From Octopus sinensis (lineage: Eukaryota), in the NCBI RefSeq assembly GCF_006345805.1, contig NC_043004.1, positions 11,904,001 through 11,968,000 of the forward strand: a stretch of DNA of 64,000 nt, in the 5' to 3' direction. The notes under the pieces were generated by a model. The model had not been told where the DNA came from. It did no database searches and was given only the letters and a program-made list of their open reading frames with translations. Shown here piece by piece: positions 38,228 through 51,639 of this stretch (positions within the stretch are counted from its first letter, which is position 1; the number at the start of each line of letters is the position of its first letter). A program made the position numbers and the translations under genes.

Positions 38228-39943
38228 CATAAATCATGAGAAGTTATTGTAAGTTAAACCATCATTGCTTTGGACCTAGCATATAATGATGGCCTTCATA
38301 ATGGTACTCATGTCATTGTAGATCAAAGGAGCTGGAAGAATAATGGACAAAGGCTGCAATAAATATTGCTATTCAGCAAGAAATCTTATTTAAAGTTGTC
38401 TGGATTCTTCCAGTTCTAGATATATGGCAGATCTTATAGTATCTCATTTAATACAAAGCAAAGTTCTCAAACATTCTGCTATGCCTAAATATCAGTCTTA
38501 GTACTGATCATTCAATTGGTTAATTATAAATGATTACTGGTTAAATTAATGTGGCTGAGTAATACTTGTTACGTAATTCTTAGGTCAAATTAGTGTGACA
38601 TATGTAATTAGGCTGAGATCGACTTTGCCTTTCATCTTTTTAAGGTTGATAGAATAAGTACCAGTTGAATACTGGGGTTGATCTAATTAACTTACCCCTC
38701 TCTTGAAATTGCTGGCCTTGTGCTAAAATTTGAATATAATATGTAACTAGGCTTGGCCTTTCAATTACTGTTATAATCTATACAATCAATGGGTTTCTGT
38801 ATAATTTCCCTTTTCTTAATTTCACTCTCAAGGCTTGGTGCATTTGTGGAGGTTATGGTAAAAGACACTTGCTCAACTTTCCATACAGTGGGTTCAAGCC
38901 CTGGGCATTATAAATGCAAAGCGAACATCTTGGCTTTCCAACCATGTCTGCATCTGTTTACAGTTGGTAAAAGTAACTGAGAAAAACAGCAATTAAAAAA
39001 TTTACCTACATAAGGTGTGACAGTTTCATTTTCCTTTACACTACAAAGTATGAGCTCAGTCATGATGTGTGTATCTCTCTTCTTCTCTTCCCCCTGTCTG
39101 TCTGTCTGTCTCTCTTACATACACACACACGCACGCACACATATACACACACACACACACACTCACTCACTCACTCACTCACTCAGACATACTCACAGAC
39201 TGTCACTTGCACACTAAAATGGTTCAGGCACTGAAATCATTGATTGTTCTCCAAGACTCCTGCTATTTGAGCTCAAAATGATGCTGTTTATAAAAATATA
39301 AAAATAAATATAATAGAACAAAAAAAAATAATCTTAAAAAAAAAAAAAGGAAAATAAATGACAAGTTGTTGTTCTTAAGTGTCTGAACATCTGAGAAGAT
39401 TTATTTTTAATATAATTATAATTTTTTCAGAATATTTTGATTGATTATTTATAGATTTTGTAAAGATGAGGTTAATAACCTGGAAAATCATATCACTATA
39501 AACAGGCGCAGGCATGACTGCGTGGTTGAGGATCTTGCTTCCCAACCACATGGTTTCAGGTTCAATCCCACTGTGTGGCTTCTTGAACAAATGTCTTCTG
39601 CTATAGGCCCTAGTTGACTAAAAGCCTTGTGAGGGTGTTCAGTAGACCGAAACTGAAAAAAGTCCATCATGGTTGTGTGTGTGTGTGTGTGTGCAACATT
39701 GAGTTGTTCCCCCACAGCTTGTCAACCTATTTGGGTTTTTATTCTTTCATTCTTTTATTAGTTTGTCATTTGACTGTGGCCATGCTGGAGCACTGCCTTT
39801 AGTCAAACAAATCGACCCTAGGACTTATTCTATTGGTTTCTTTTGCTAAACTGCTAAGTTACACACCAACATCGGTTGTCAAGTGATGGTGGAAGTGGGG
39901 ACAAACACAGACACACAGATACATATATACATATGTATATAAA

Positions 39944-39978
<35 letters not shown>

Positions 39979-40734
39979 GTTCTTGTTACCACTTTAACCT
40001 TCTGCAAATCCCAAATTTCATTTAATTTGCTTTGTTGGAACAACTGTTTTAGCAAAGACGCAGCTTGTCCGAAGCATTCGAAACATGGAGTAGATAAAAC
40101 AAGGGACAACTGATGAAGGGAATGTTCTTTATATTATCTGTCTCATTTCTCTATTTGTTTCTTTAGTTGTTCGAAAACAAGTTTGTTTTCCATGATTTTG
40201 TTTCCCTGTTCTCATTTTTCATGTTGTTCACATTTTTTTGACATCCTATACCCATATATGTATGTGTATATACATTTATATGTAGGTATTTACATATATG
40301 TATATATATATGCATTTTATATATATATATATATGTGTGTGTGTATATATATATATTATATATCGAAATCAAATTTGATGACTGGCACCCCTTGCTAGTG
40401 GAGCGCTAAGAGCCCTATCCGAGCGTAATCATTGCCAGAGTAGCTAACTGGCTTCCATGTTGGTGGCACATAAAAGCACCATTCAAGCATGATTATTACC
40501 AGCAAACTGGACAAAACGCTTTGTGGTATTTCATCCATCTTTATGTTCCAAGTTCAAATTCCACCGATGTTGACTTTACCTTTCATCCTTTCAGGGTCGA
40601 CAAAATAAATACCAGTTCGGCACTGGGGGTCAATGTGATTGACTTATCCCTCTGCCAAACTTACTGACCAGGCACTTAAAATTCAAAGTCAATATTTTAA
40701 GGGAAATTTTTTTCTTTCTTTCTGAAAATTTTAA

Positions 40735-40947
40735 CCCTTTTGTTACTGTAATTATTTTGTGTTTCTTTCAATTAATTTTAGATATAACAACGAATTTAGT
40801 AAAATAACTTAGTTATCATTAAGCTAGTGTTAGGAACACAAATTGTGACTAAGGTTCGATGGAAGATTTTAAAGCCAAACTTATGTAAAACAAGACCTTT
40901 GTACTACAAAGCCAGAGCCAGTTTCAGCTGGGTTGTTATCCAAAGGG
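40735..40947. mobile_element. TTAA-flanked MITE (piggyBac-like ends)
   Basis: TTAA-CCCTTTTGTTAC at left; GTTATCCAAAGGG-TTTAA at right. Confidence 0.6.
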
Positions 40948-41090
40948 TTTAAGGCCAAAACCATCTTTCCTTCAGCATTCGTGGTTTTTTCTATCATTTT
41001 GTTTTCATGATTGTTTTTTATTTTCTTTCATTCAAGCCAATCTTGACTTCATTCTTTAATCCTTTTTTCTTTTTTCTTTTCTACTTCCAG

Positions 41091-41148
41091 CTGGGACAGG
41101 ATCCAAAGTTGTACCTGCACTTTTTTGAAGGGATATCTACCTGTGTTC
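41091..41148 (+). CDS. candidate short exon of an unidentified gene
   Basis: ~45-nt pyrimidine tract ending in CCAG at 41090; weak GTAAAC donor at 41149; frames LGQDPKLYLHFFEGISTCV or WDRIQSCTCTFLKGYLPVF. Confidence 0.25.
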
Positions 41149-41246
41149 GTAAACCTTACTCCTAGTGACTGAAATGTGCTGAATATTAAATTCTTCGCTG
41201 AGATTAGACAGTCTCTCTTCAATTAAAAAAAAGAAATATATATTAT

Positions 41247-41305
<59 letters not shown>

Positions 41306-41907
41306 ATATATTATATATATATATAATATATATATATAATTTTTCTCCTTTCTTTCTTACACACTCCTTGCCTGGTAGTGTGGCCATCCACCACAATGTC
41401 AAGGACTGCTATAGATCTAAACTACAACCTGCTGGTACACTTGTTGCCAGCAGCGAGGTCCTTAAGGACTACAACTTTCTTACTTTTCACAATATTTGGA
41501 TTAAATGTATGGACATTAGATATTTGTGAACCTCATTTGACGTTAAAAGGTAAGGCAGAAATATCTTCTGTTTTTTTTTTCTATAACATCGTTCATGTCT
41601 ATATTTGTATACAGATTGGTTTTATGTATTTATTTTATGCAGCCGTTGTTGTTATTTTATCGGTCTCTTGTGCCGAACTGCTAAGTTACGGAGACATAAA
41701 CACACCAGTATCAGTTGTCAAGCAACGGCAGAGCAAAAAATATCACACCCACCCACACACACACACATATATATATACATATATATGAAGGGCTTCTTTC
41801 AGTTTCCATCTACCAAATCCATTCACAAGGCTGTTGTAGAAGACACTGCATAGCCCCAGGTGCCACGCAGTGGGACTAAGCCTGGAACCTTATGATTGAG
41901 AAGCCAG

Positions 41908-41957
<50 letters not shown>

Positions 41958-41970
41958 ACACACACATTTA

Positions 41971-42462
41971 TTTGAATAATAAGGGTGAAAAATTGAATAT
42001 TAATTTGATTAATATCAATTTAAAACCAGTGGTCCAGCATATTAAAATCTGGAGATTCAGAAAAATTATATTACATACATATAAGGGGGATGACCACTCA
42101 GTGGACATCCATTATGCTAGAGGTAGACCCCATATGATCTGACCACTAAGAAAAGATTGTTCTCAAGAAAATTCAGCAAACACCAGAATGTAAGCGAGTA
42201 AGACAAATGAAAAGATACAAAATATAAACTTGCTCGCTTACATTCTGGCGTTTGCTGAATTTTCTTGAGAACAATCTTTTCTTAGTGGTCAGACTATATG
42301 GGGTCTACATTTAGCATAATGAATATCCACTTAGTGGTCATCCCTCTTATATGCATGTAATATAATTTTTCTGAATCTTCAGGTTTTTCAATGTGCTAGG
42401 CCACTGGTTTTAAATTGATATTAATCAAATTAATATTCAATTTTTCACCCTTATTATTTAAA
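41971..42462. repeat. long foldback palindrome (~232-bp arms, 26-nt loop)
   Basis: 41971-42202 is the reverse complement of 42229-42462 with scattered mismatches; partial third arm copy at 42516-42590. Confidence 0.95.
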
Positions 42463-42469
42463 TATATAT

Positions 42470-42516
<47 letters not shown>

Positions 42517-43519
42517 TCTTAGTGGTCAGACCATATGGGGTCTACCTCTAGCATAATGGATGTCCACTTAGTGGTCATCCCTCTTATATGTGTGTATATA
42601 TATATATATTTCATCGACAAGGATGTATAATGACTGGTCTTTATATTTAGCCTTTTGAATGATGTATATCTGTGTTGTCTTTGTGGCAGCAAAGAAAAGT
42701 GTTTACACAACAAATGTTTTAATGTAAACTGTTTCTTGTTTGCTGATATTGATTTCACATTCAACAAACACTGAACAACATTGTGCCAAAACAATGCTGA
42801 CCGACACTTCACCGAACAAAATAATGCTGACCAGCACAACACTGACCGATAATATATTGACCTACAAAATAATGAATGTCACAACACTGACCAATACAAT
42901 GCTAAACTGACCAACAAATGGAGACAGACTAATCACTTGCAGTTCATCAGATCAATTATTGAATGTATAAAATGATTTATTAAAGAATAATTCTCGTAAT
43001 ATATAACCTTGTACGCTGATCACATAGTATTTATTATCCAGAATATATTTTGTTTTCATTATAGCCTTTTGTTGTTATTGAGCACACGCCCTTTCTCCGC
43101 CCCCCCCCCCCACATACACACACGCGCTTCCTATCCAACAAAATTGGAATTGAATTTGCAGACTCTTCTTAATGATGTGGCAGCTGTGACCATCATCACA
43201 TTTCCCTTTTTATTTTTCACTCATAGTGTATCTAAAACTACATTATACATCATCATCATCATCATGTTTCATCATCTGTTTTCCATGCTGGCATGGGTTG
43301 GACGGTTTGACCAGAGCTGGCAAAGCAGGAGAGCTGCACCAGGTTCCAGTCTGATTTGGTTTGATTTCGATAGTTGAATGCCCTTCCTAATGCCAGCCAC
43401 TTTACAATGTGTGCTGAATGCTTTTAATGTGGCACTGGTTTGAGTGCTTTTACATGGCACCTGCATGAGTCCCCTTTCATGGAACTAGCACAGGACTTTG
43501 TAGGGCAATCCTCACCATT

Positions 43520-43700
43520 GGGGAGGAGCAGCATTAACTACAGCAACACACCACATATGTTGGTCCTTTGTCATCTCCTCCATAAGGTTCTGTGTCTTCA
43601 TGTTGTTCTTCAGTACTTCATGCTATGTCTTCCTGGGTCTCCCACTTCCACAAATTCCATCCACTTTGAGTAATCTGCATTTCTTTATGGACCCACACCA
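43520..43700 (-). pseudogene. RTE-type LINE ORF2 C-terminal remnant
   Basis: Minus translation IKKCRLLKVDGICGSGRPRKT*HEVLKNNMKTQNLMEEMTKDQHMWCVAV resembles the RGRP..TW...DR..W motif. Confidence 0.75.
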
Positions 43701-43734
43701 CAGATACAATTAATGGTAATTCCAATTCAAGTAA

Positions 43735-43845
43735 TGTAATACATTATTTACATTTGACGGATATTTGTCCTCATCTTGTTTGTTGTTAACACGTTTCAAC
43801 TGATATACCCCCCCACCCTGCCTTCATCAGATGTCTTGGGGAAAT
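43735..43845 (-). mobile_element. Penelope-like terminal fragment with decayed hammerhead core
   Basis: Minus strand reads gacat-CTGATGA-aggcagggtggggggtatatcagtt-GAAAC-gtgtt. Confidence 0.5.
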
Positions 43846-43878
43846 TCCTAAGGTCGTCGTCATCGTTGTTGTTGTTGT

Positions 43879-44025
43879 TCAGGTCACTGCTTGGAATTGA
43901 ACTTGGAATCTTGAGGTTAGTAGCCTGTGCCCTTAACCACTATGCTCATGGACATATGGCATAGTGGTTAAGAGCGCAGGCTACTAACCTCAAGATTCCG
44001 AGTTCAATTCAAAGCAGTGACCTGA
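43879..44025. mobile_element. head-to-head palindromic pair of tRNA-like mini-SINEs
   Basis: 43879-43945 pairs with 43959-44025; each arm has TGGCATAGTGG and GAGTTCAATTC-like boxes; outer (TTG)n and (AAT)n tails. Confidence 0.8.
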
Positions 44026-44436
44026 TTAATAATAATAATAACATTCCTGCTGCTGGAACCTGTTTTTGTCTCCTGCTGATAGTGCATCCTTAAGGGATGT
44101 TATCATTGGAAGAACACCTCAGTTAATTTGCTTTTGTGATGTATCTACATTAAGCATGATTCACTAGAGTAGCTAGAAGGTGGGGCAAAGGGAGCAGTCC
44201 ATCACAAGTAGCACTTTTATAACGGGCGGCACCACTTTTGGGTCTGCTATAGGCTGTATTGAAATCAAATAATAATGGTTTTAATGTCAGGACACAGACA
44301 CTACCCACCATTGAATGCACCAATCGATATAATCACTGTGAAATTTGCATTTTTTGTGGGGGCCCGGAGGCAGAAAACTGAAGGGCCACTCCAGGTGGCA
44401 CACACTCTAGCTATACCGCTGTCATGATTCACTTAT

Positions 44437-44647
44437 TACTCTTTTACTCTTTTACTTGTTCCAGTCATCTAACTAAGGCCATGCTGGAGCACCGCCTTTA
44501 GTCGAGCAAATCGACCCCAGGACTTATTCTTTGTAAGTCTAGTACTTATTCTATTGGTCTCTTTTGCCGAACCGCTAAGTTACGGGGGCGTAAACACACC
44601 AGCATCAGTTGTCAAGCGATGTAAGGGGGATAAGTACAGACACACAA

Positions 44648-44701
<54 letters not shown>

Positions 44702-44854
44702 TGTACGATGGGCTTCTTTCAGTTTCCATCTACCAAATCCACTTTGGTTGGCATGAGGCTTTAGTAGAAGACACTTGCCCAAGGTGCCACGCAGTGGGAC
44801 TGAACCCGGCACCATGTGGTTGGTAAGCAAGCTACTTACCACACAACCACTCCT
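44437..44854 (-). mobile_element. young full-length family-B SINE
   Basis: Complete head, body and tail. Confidence 0.9.
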
Positions 44855-45944
44855 ACACCTATTAGATCGATCACAGTATACAACTGGTACTTAATTTTTA
44901 TCGACCCTGAAAGGATGTAAGGCAAAGTCGACCTCGGCGGAATTTGAACTCGGCTTTCTGCCTTAATGTCAATCATTATAATAGTAATGAAGTAGCTGAA
45001 GAAAGTCTTAACTATAAAGGAGGAATGAAACTGAAAGAGGAGATTCCAAATAGAAAATTGGTGAGACAATAATAGGTTGTTAAATCTATTTTTGCACCTT
45101 AAGATGTCAAACATATTGCTTTGTTTTTATTCCATCTTAACATTATCAGCTATTTGGTTGTTCGACTTCTTTTTGTCAGTTTATTGAAATTACACCAATG
45201 TTTTACATAAAGTCTACAAGCAGCTGGAATAAATTTGTACAATTCTTGTGTATTTATCGGGAAAAATTTCTCTGTCTTGGATTTATCTATGGTAACCTCA
45301 GCAGTAGAATTTTTTTTTAAATAATAAAATACAAAAAAAAAAAAAAAATTAAAGGTGGTTTAACTCAAGGACATGAAGGAATGAATTCCAATTATTTAGA
45401 GAGAGAGAGCGAGAGCTTATACATTTTTCATTTAGAAAATGATCAATGATTGATGACGTGTTTTAATCGTAATTCTGAAGCATATTTGCAGTAAGCGAAA
45501 TGTTATATCATGTTAGTTTTAATAAGACAACAATAAGAAACATTTAATTCTTTTATGCATTAATGTCGAGTATTCACCATGAGAAATTAATAAGATTTTC
45601 TGCCAACAGAAAATGAATAATATTAGGAAATCTAAAATGATTAATTGAATAATTATAAATACACACCCACACACTCACACATACATATATATGTTACCAT
45701 CCGTTTACATCTGTTTCTATGTGCTGGCATGAGTTAGCAGAGGACCATGTCTAACACACAGGTGCACAGGATCGGTTGTGTGATGAAGAGTCTACTTTCC
45801 TATCGCATGCTTCATTCCCACTGCATGGCACCTTGGGCAAGTGTCTTCTACTACAGGCTTGGACCGATTCACAGCCCAGTCCAGGAATCGAACTCACTGC
45901 CTCATGCTTGCGAGCCCGATGCTCTAACTAGTAAGATATGTCTT

Positions 45945-46253
45945 CTCCTTTTTGCCCTTTTCAAGCCTAGCCAGGCTCATGGGCCCGGTTTCCCAGTTTC
46001 TGTGGTGTATGTGTTCCCCCCAGTTGGACGCGATGCCAGTCCATTGCAGCATCACTCAAGAAACAGGAAGAGAGAGTGAGGGAAAGTTGTGGCGAAGGAG
46101 TACAACAGGGGTTGCCACCACCCCCTGCCAGAGTCTCGTGGATCTTTTAAGTGTTTTCGCTCAAAAAACACACACAATGCCCAGTCTGGGAATCGAAACC
46201 GCGATCCTCCGACCGCAAGTCCGCTGCCCTAACCACTGGGCCATTGCACCTCC
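45945..46253 (-). mobile_element. family-A SINE with A3 tail
   Basis: Homologous to 30767-31020. Confidence 0.85.
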
Positions 46254-46281
46254 ACATAAATATATATATACCTTCACATAA

Positions 46282-46317
<36 letters not shown>

Positions 46318-46320
<3 letters not shown>

Positions 46321-46513
46321 TTCAGCAAAATTTAGATTCAAATGAATATGGTACTTAAGTTAGATGATATGAAAACTATGTATTTATGGAAAACCTCTAT
46401 TAATGGCTGACGATTGCTCAACATTTTAAAACTGTTGTAATACTTACGACATTTAATGTAGCGTGAAAAGATTGTACCAAATTACCGAAGTTATTATTGT
46501 TGCTTATTTTGAT

Positions 46514-46515
<2 letters not shown>
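46318..46515 (+). mobile_element. hairpin-ended dispersed repeat, copy 3
   Basis: Same 5' end as the 10218 copy and same 3' end (tgttgcttattttgatta) as the 5266 copy; (TA)n on both sides. Confidence 0.65.
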
Positions 46516-46547
<32 letters not shown>

Positions 46548-46829
46548 GATATATACAAATTTCCAGGATTCAAGAGAATCGGGTATTTAAATAGTACAAG
46601 AGTCGGTGCTAGTGTACCTGTGTACCGACAATGTATACTGGTTTATATATGTACTCACTAAAGAAAATACAGATATGTGAATCCAGTTATGCTTTCATTC
46701 ACAAGTAAATGACCTAAATACACACCGTGTCATCAAAATCATTCATCAGCATATTCATTGCACCTATTGCACCGTTGACTATCAGATCCAAACATTTTGA
46801 ATGGTCTGAAGTTGGTGAAGAATAAATGA

Positions 46830-46883
46830 TAACAACATCTGTTGTTATGATATATATATCCATATATATATATATATATATCC

Positions 46884-46938
<55 letters not shown>

Positions 46939-46949
46939 TATATATACAC

Positions 46950-46986
<37 letters not shown>

Positions 46987-47008
46987 ATACACACACACAC
47001 ATATATAT

Positions 47009-47048
<40 letters not shown>

Positions 47049-47060
47049 ATGTATGTATGT

Positions 47061-47158
<98 letters not shown>

Positions 47159-47159
47159 G

Positions 47160-47233
<74 letters not shown>

Positions 47234-47256
47234 TGTATGTATATATATATATGTAT

Positions 47257-47294
<38 letters not shown>

Positions 47295-47465
47295 TATGTA
47301 TGTATATATATATGTATGTATATATATATGTATGTATATATATATGTATGTATATATATATGTATGTATATATATATATGTATGTATATATATATGTATG
47401 TATATATATATATGTATGTATATATATATGTATGTATATATATATGTATGTATATATATATATAT
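46830..47465. repeat. (TA)n-TGTA compound microsatellite
   Basis: Direct reading; 12-16-bp units. Confidence 0.95.
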
Positions 47466-47597
47466 GCGGTTTTTTGGTAAGCACTGCCAGTTTTAGACTT
47501 CTGTAAATAAAAATAATAATAATCATGATGATAATAATAATAATAAGAAGAAGAAGAAGAAGAAGAATGATAATAATAATGATGATGATGATGATAG

Positions 47598-48073
47598 TAA
47601 TCCTTTCTACTGGAAGCACAAGGCCTTCAATTTAGGGGAAGGATTTAAGTCGAATACATCGACTCCAGTTCATAACTGGTACTTATTCAATTGATCCCTA
47701 AAGGATGAAAGCAAAGTTGACCTTGGCGGAATTTGAACTCTTGAACGTAAAGACGGGGGAAATACCGCTAAGCATTGCGCTCAGTGTGCTAACGATTTTG
47801 CCAGCTCCCTGCCTTATATAATAATGATAATAATAATAATAATAATAATAATCATCCTTTCTACTGGAAGCAGATGGCCTCAAATTTGGGTGAAGGGATT
47901 AAGTAGATTACATCGACTCCAGTGCATAACTGGTATTTATTTAATCGACCCCGAAAGAATGAAAGGCAAAGTTGACCTCAGCAGAATCTGAACATTTGAA
48001 CTCTGAACGTAAAGATGGAGGAAATACCACTAAGCATTACGCCCGTACTAGCAATTCTGCCAACTTGCCACCT

Positions 48074-48108
<35 letters not shown>

Positions 48109-48312
48109 CCTTTCTACTATAGGCACAAGGTCTGAAATTTTGGGGAAGGGACTAGGTGATTATATTGACCCCACTGGTTCTTAATTTATCAACCCCGAAA
48201 GGATGAAAGGCAAAGTCGACTTTGGCGGAATTTGAACTCAGAATGTAGTGATGGGCGAAATATTACTAAGCATTTCGCCCAGCGTGCTAACGATTCTGCC
48301 AGCTCGTTGCCT
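47598..48312 (-). repeat. three tandem family-C SINEs separated by (AAT)n tracts
   Basis: ~240-bp units, each starting aatcctttctact. Confidence 0.85.
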
Positions 48313-48639
48313 TGAGGATAATATATAATACTGGTTCAGTGGCCTCTTACTCTTGAGTTGCCCACAGCATGCAGCAGTAATTTCTTCAGGTTAGTCAGAA
48401 TTGGCCTGGATCTTGTATTAAAAAAAACAAGCAGCCACTGACTGTGGAAATTCCAGAATAGCACACTGCTTCACTGTCTTGAACAAATTCCTGCCCTACT
48501 GCATTCTACCTTTTGTTTTGAATATTCCTTCTTTGGATGGTTACACAATAACATATACATACATGCACATATATATATTTAATTATAGCGAGAAGTTGAG
48601 TTTATAAGAGATAATGGTGTCATTGAGACCCAAACGTGT

Positions 48640-48850
48640 CAGGTAATGCTGAATAATACCTATACATATCTTGCATCTATTTTCTTTCCTCCGCCTCATT
48701 GTCTATTTTGTATCACATCTAATCTAACTATGACTTAACTATCCTCCCACACCGTCTCCAATGAAGGGATATTATTAATAAACATCCTAGAAACAGCTGT
48801 AAGACCTTCTATCTATAAATGCTCTAATATCTACACAGCCTTGGTTTTTT
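48640..48850 (+). mobile_element. Penelope-like end containing a decayed minimal hammerhead motif at 48754-48805
   Basis: GTCT-ccaatga-agggat..atcc-ta-GAAAC-AGCT-GT-A-AGAC. Confidence 0.55.
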
Positions 48851-49623
48851 TATTATATTACACAAAAAATTCTTATATATTTAATTATATACACTCACAC
48901 ATATATAACTTTATGTGTGTTCAACAGTGCTGTAAAGCAATAGACTGAATTTTAAGTCGGAAGTAGGTTTGTTTTTTTGCTTGTTTTCCTATTTTACTGT
49001 CACATAATTTCACTGTGTATATATAAACTACCTACTTAAACACATCTAAAAATACAAATGAAATACATACACACACACTCAACACATGCACACATGCTAA
49101 CGTAGACACATACCTACGCAAAAAAATTTATTTGTGTAACAACAGGAAATTCTTGAACTTCATGATAAAAGAGCCTTACTTCATCAGTGATGCGCACATA
49201 CATATACATACACATATATACAAGAAGACTGATAATCACACACATGTAATATACAAACATTGTATACGAACATACACATTACCGCATACGCATGTACACA
49301 CATATATGTGTGTATGTGCGTAATTTCCTCTGTTTAAAGTTAGCAACAAATATAATGTTAGTCATACACATACCCACTGTGGATGGATAATGACTGAGAT
49401 GGCGGTCCTCTGATGTCACCGGTTTGTGTGTGTGTGTATATATATACATATATATATATATATATGTGTATATACATGTGAGTGAGTGTGTGTGTGTTGG
49501 TGGCGATGGGGTGAGTGGTAAGTGTGAGTATGAAAGGTTACGAATTACATTAGTCATTTTAGTATTCCATTCGGCTGTGTTTATAACTCACCCCATATGT
49601 GTATGCATGTATGTATGTGTGTG

Positions 49624-49683
<60 letters not shown>

Positions 49684-50093
49684 CTTGTGTATGCGTGTGT
49701 GTGTGTTTTTGAAGACATTATAAGCACTAACTTGGCACAGAAAAAGAACAGGCGATCTGACAAAGGAAACTGGTGCCAGACATTCTATTTTGTAATTAGT
49801 AACCTGGTCATATGTCATGCTATACACACATACACACACACACACACATATTGTATATATATATGTGTGTGTGTGTGTGTGTATATATGTATGTATATAT
49901 ATATATGTGTATATATGTATATATATATATGTGTATATATGTATATATGTGTATATATGTATATATATATGTATACACACACATAGAGATTCATGTCGCG
50001 CCAGATATATTGTTTCTTTTTCTGTACCAAGTCAGTGTTTATAATGCCTTATATCAGTTGTATTTAAAATCTTGGCTGTCAGTTTTGAATAAG

Positions 50094-50135
<42 letters not shown>

Positions 50136-50778
50136 TGTGTGTGTGCTAGCAGAATTGCAAGAATTTGGTGGTTTCTTTATTCAGAGTAAATTTAGGCCAT
50201 TCTATGACAACCACTCTCTTTTGCTACAGGTATAAAAATGGCACATTTCTGATATTTAATCTAATCCTGTCTTAAAGCTTATTTGTCCTGCACATAACAT
50301 CCTTTCACACACACATACAAACCTATAAACATAATTGATTTTGCATCCATTTTTTGTTTCATGCTAGCATGGGTTAGACAGGGATATTATTGAGGCAACA
50401 CTTTTCCGTCTAAATAGCCTTTTGTGCTAACCTTTATCCATTTTTGAAGGGATCTCTTATTCCATAGGCCTTTAAGAGTGCAAAGCAAGTATGAACAACT
50501 GAACAATTTTGGTGATTGGGGAAATGTCAACAAGAGTGTCACTCTTTGTGAGTTAACGATTCTCAGGAAAGTCTGAACGTAAGCATAAACAGACACAAAT
50601 ACACATGTATGGCACTATTTACATACATATTTCTATCTATCCAAAATGTGGTGCAGAAGAACAACAAAGGAACATACAGAAAAACAATAAAAAAAAATAT
50701 ACATAATGGACACAGTCGTGCTCATTCCCTCATCAGTTGTCAACCAAATATCATCACAATTTTGACACCTTATGTATG

Positions 50779-50820
<42 letters not shown>

Positions 50821-51639
50821 TAGATAGATAGATAGATAGATAAAACTTACTTGGAAGTGGATGCTTGGCGTTCGATATATATTATTTTGTTATTATTTAT
50901 ATATATATATCATTCTCCTCATCGTTTTCATGTCTAATTTTCCATGTTTATATGGGTTAGACAAAAGTATCTTATGGCAGAGTTTTCTACAGTTAGAAGC
51001 CCCCCCCACCACCAAACCACAACACCTGTTTCCTAGTAAAGTAATAATTTCCCCGTTTTTGTCAAGCAACAAACATTCCAGACATAGTTTTTATGAAAAC
51101 AATGAAAACAAACAACTTCATAATTCTTGGCACCATTCTTCAGTTGTCCAAATAGTCAAGCTGAATGGCATCAACTACTTAAGTCCCAGAATTCCAAAAG
51201 GATCTGCAGTGATTATGAGTTGGTCACTCAGGTGTCATCAGATGCCAACTTCCCATCCTGACATGGTTTGTATGGGTCACCACGGTCGAAGTTTGTCTTT
51301 ATTCTGAGTTACTACTTTCCAAGACAGTTCTGAGGAACACAGGAATGTTTCATTTTTGGTTTGTTTTCTAAGACTGGATATTCTTCACACCGCCGATTAC
51401 TTTACTACAGAGTGTACTGGGTGCATTTTAGTATAGCACCGACACTTGAGATGAGATGAGTTCATGTCCTCACCAACATTAAAAGGATCTTCTAGGCTAC
51501 CTGTTGTCTCTGATATTTTGCCAACAGCTTTACACAATTCCACCCATTTTCTCCACCCACTATTCCTGGAAGAATGTTAGAAGTAGAGTCCTCAGATACC
51601 ACCCCCATGGGGGTGGGAGTGGATATCAGAATCAAACAT

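Noticed and set aside
40060-40130. Hammerhead built from cattcGAAAC and CTGATGAagggaatg
   Set aside because: Motif order and pairing do not fit types I-III, and there is no NUH site at the required position.
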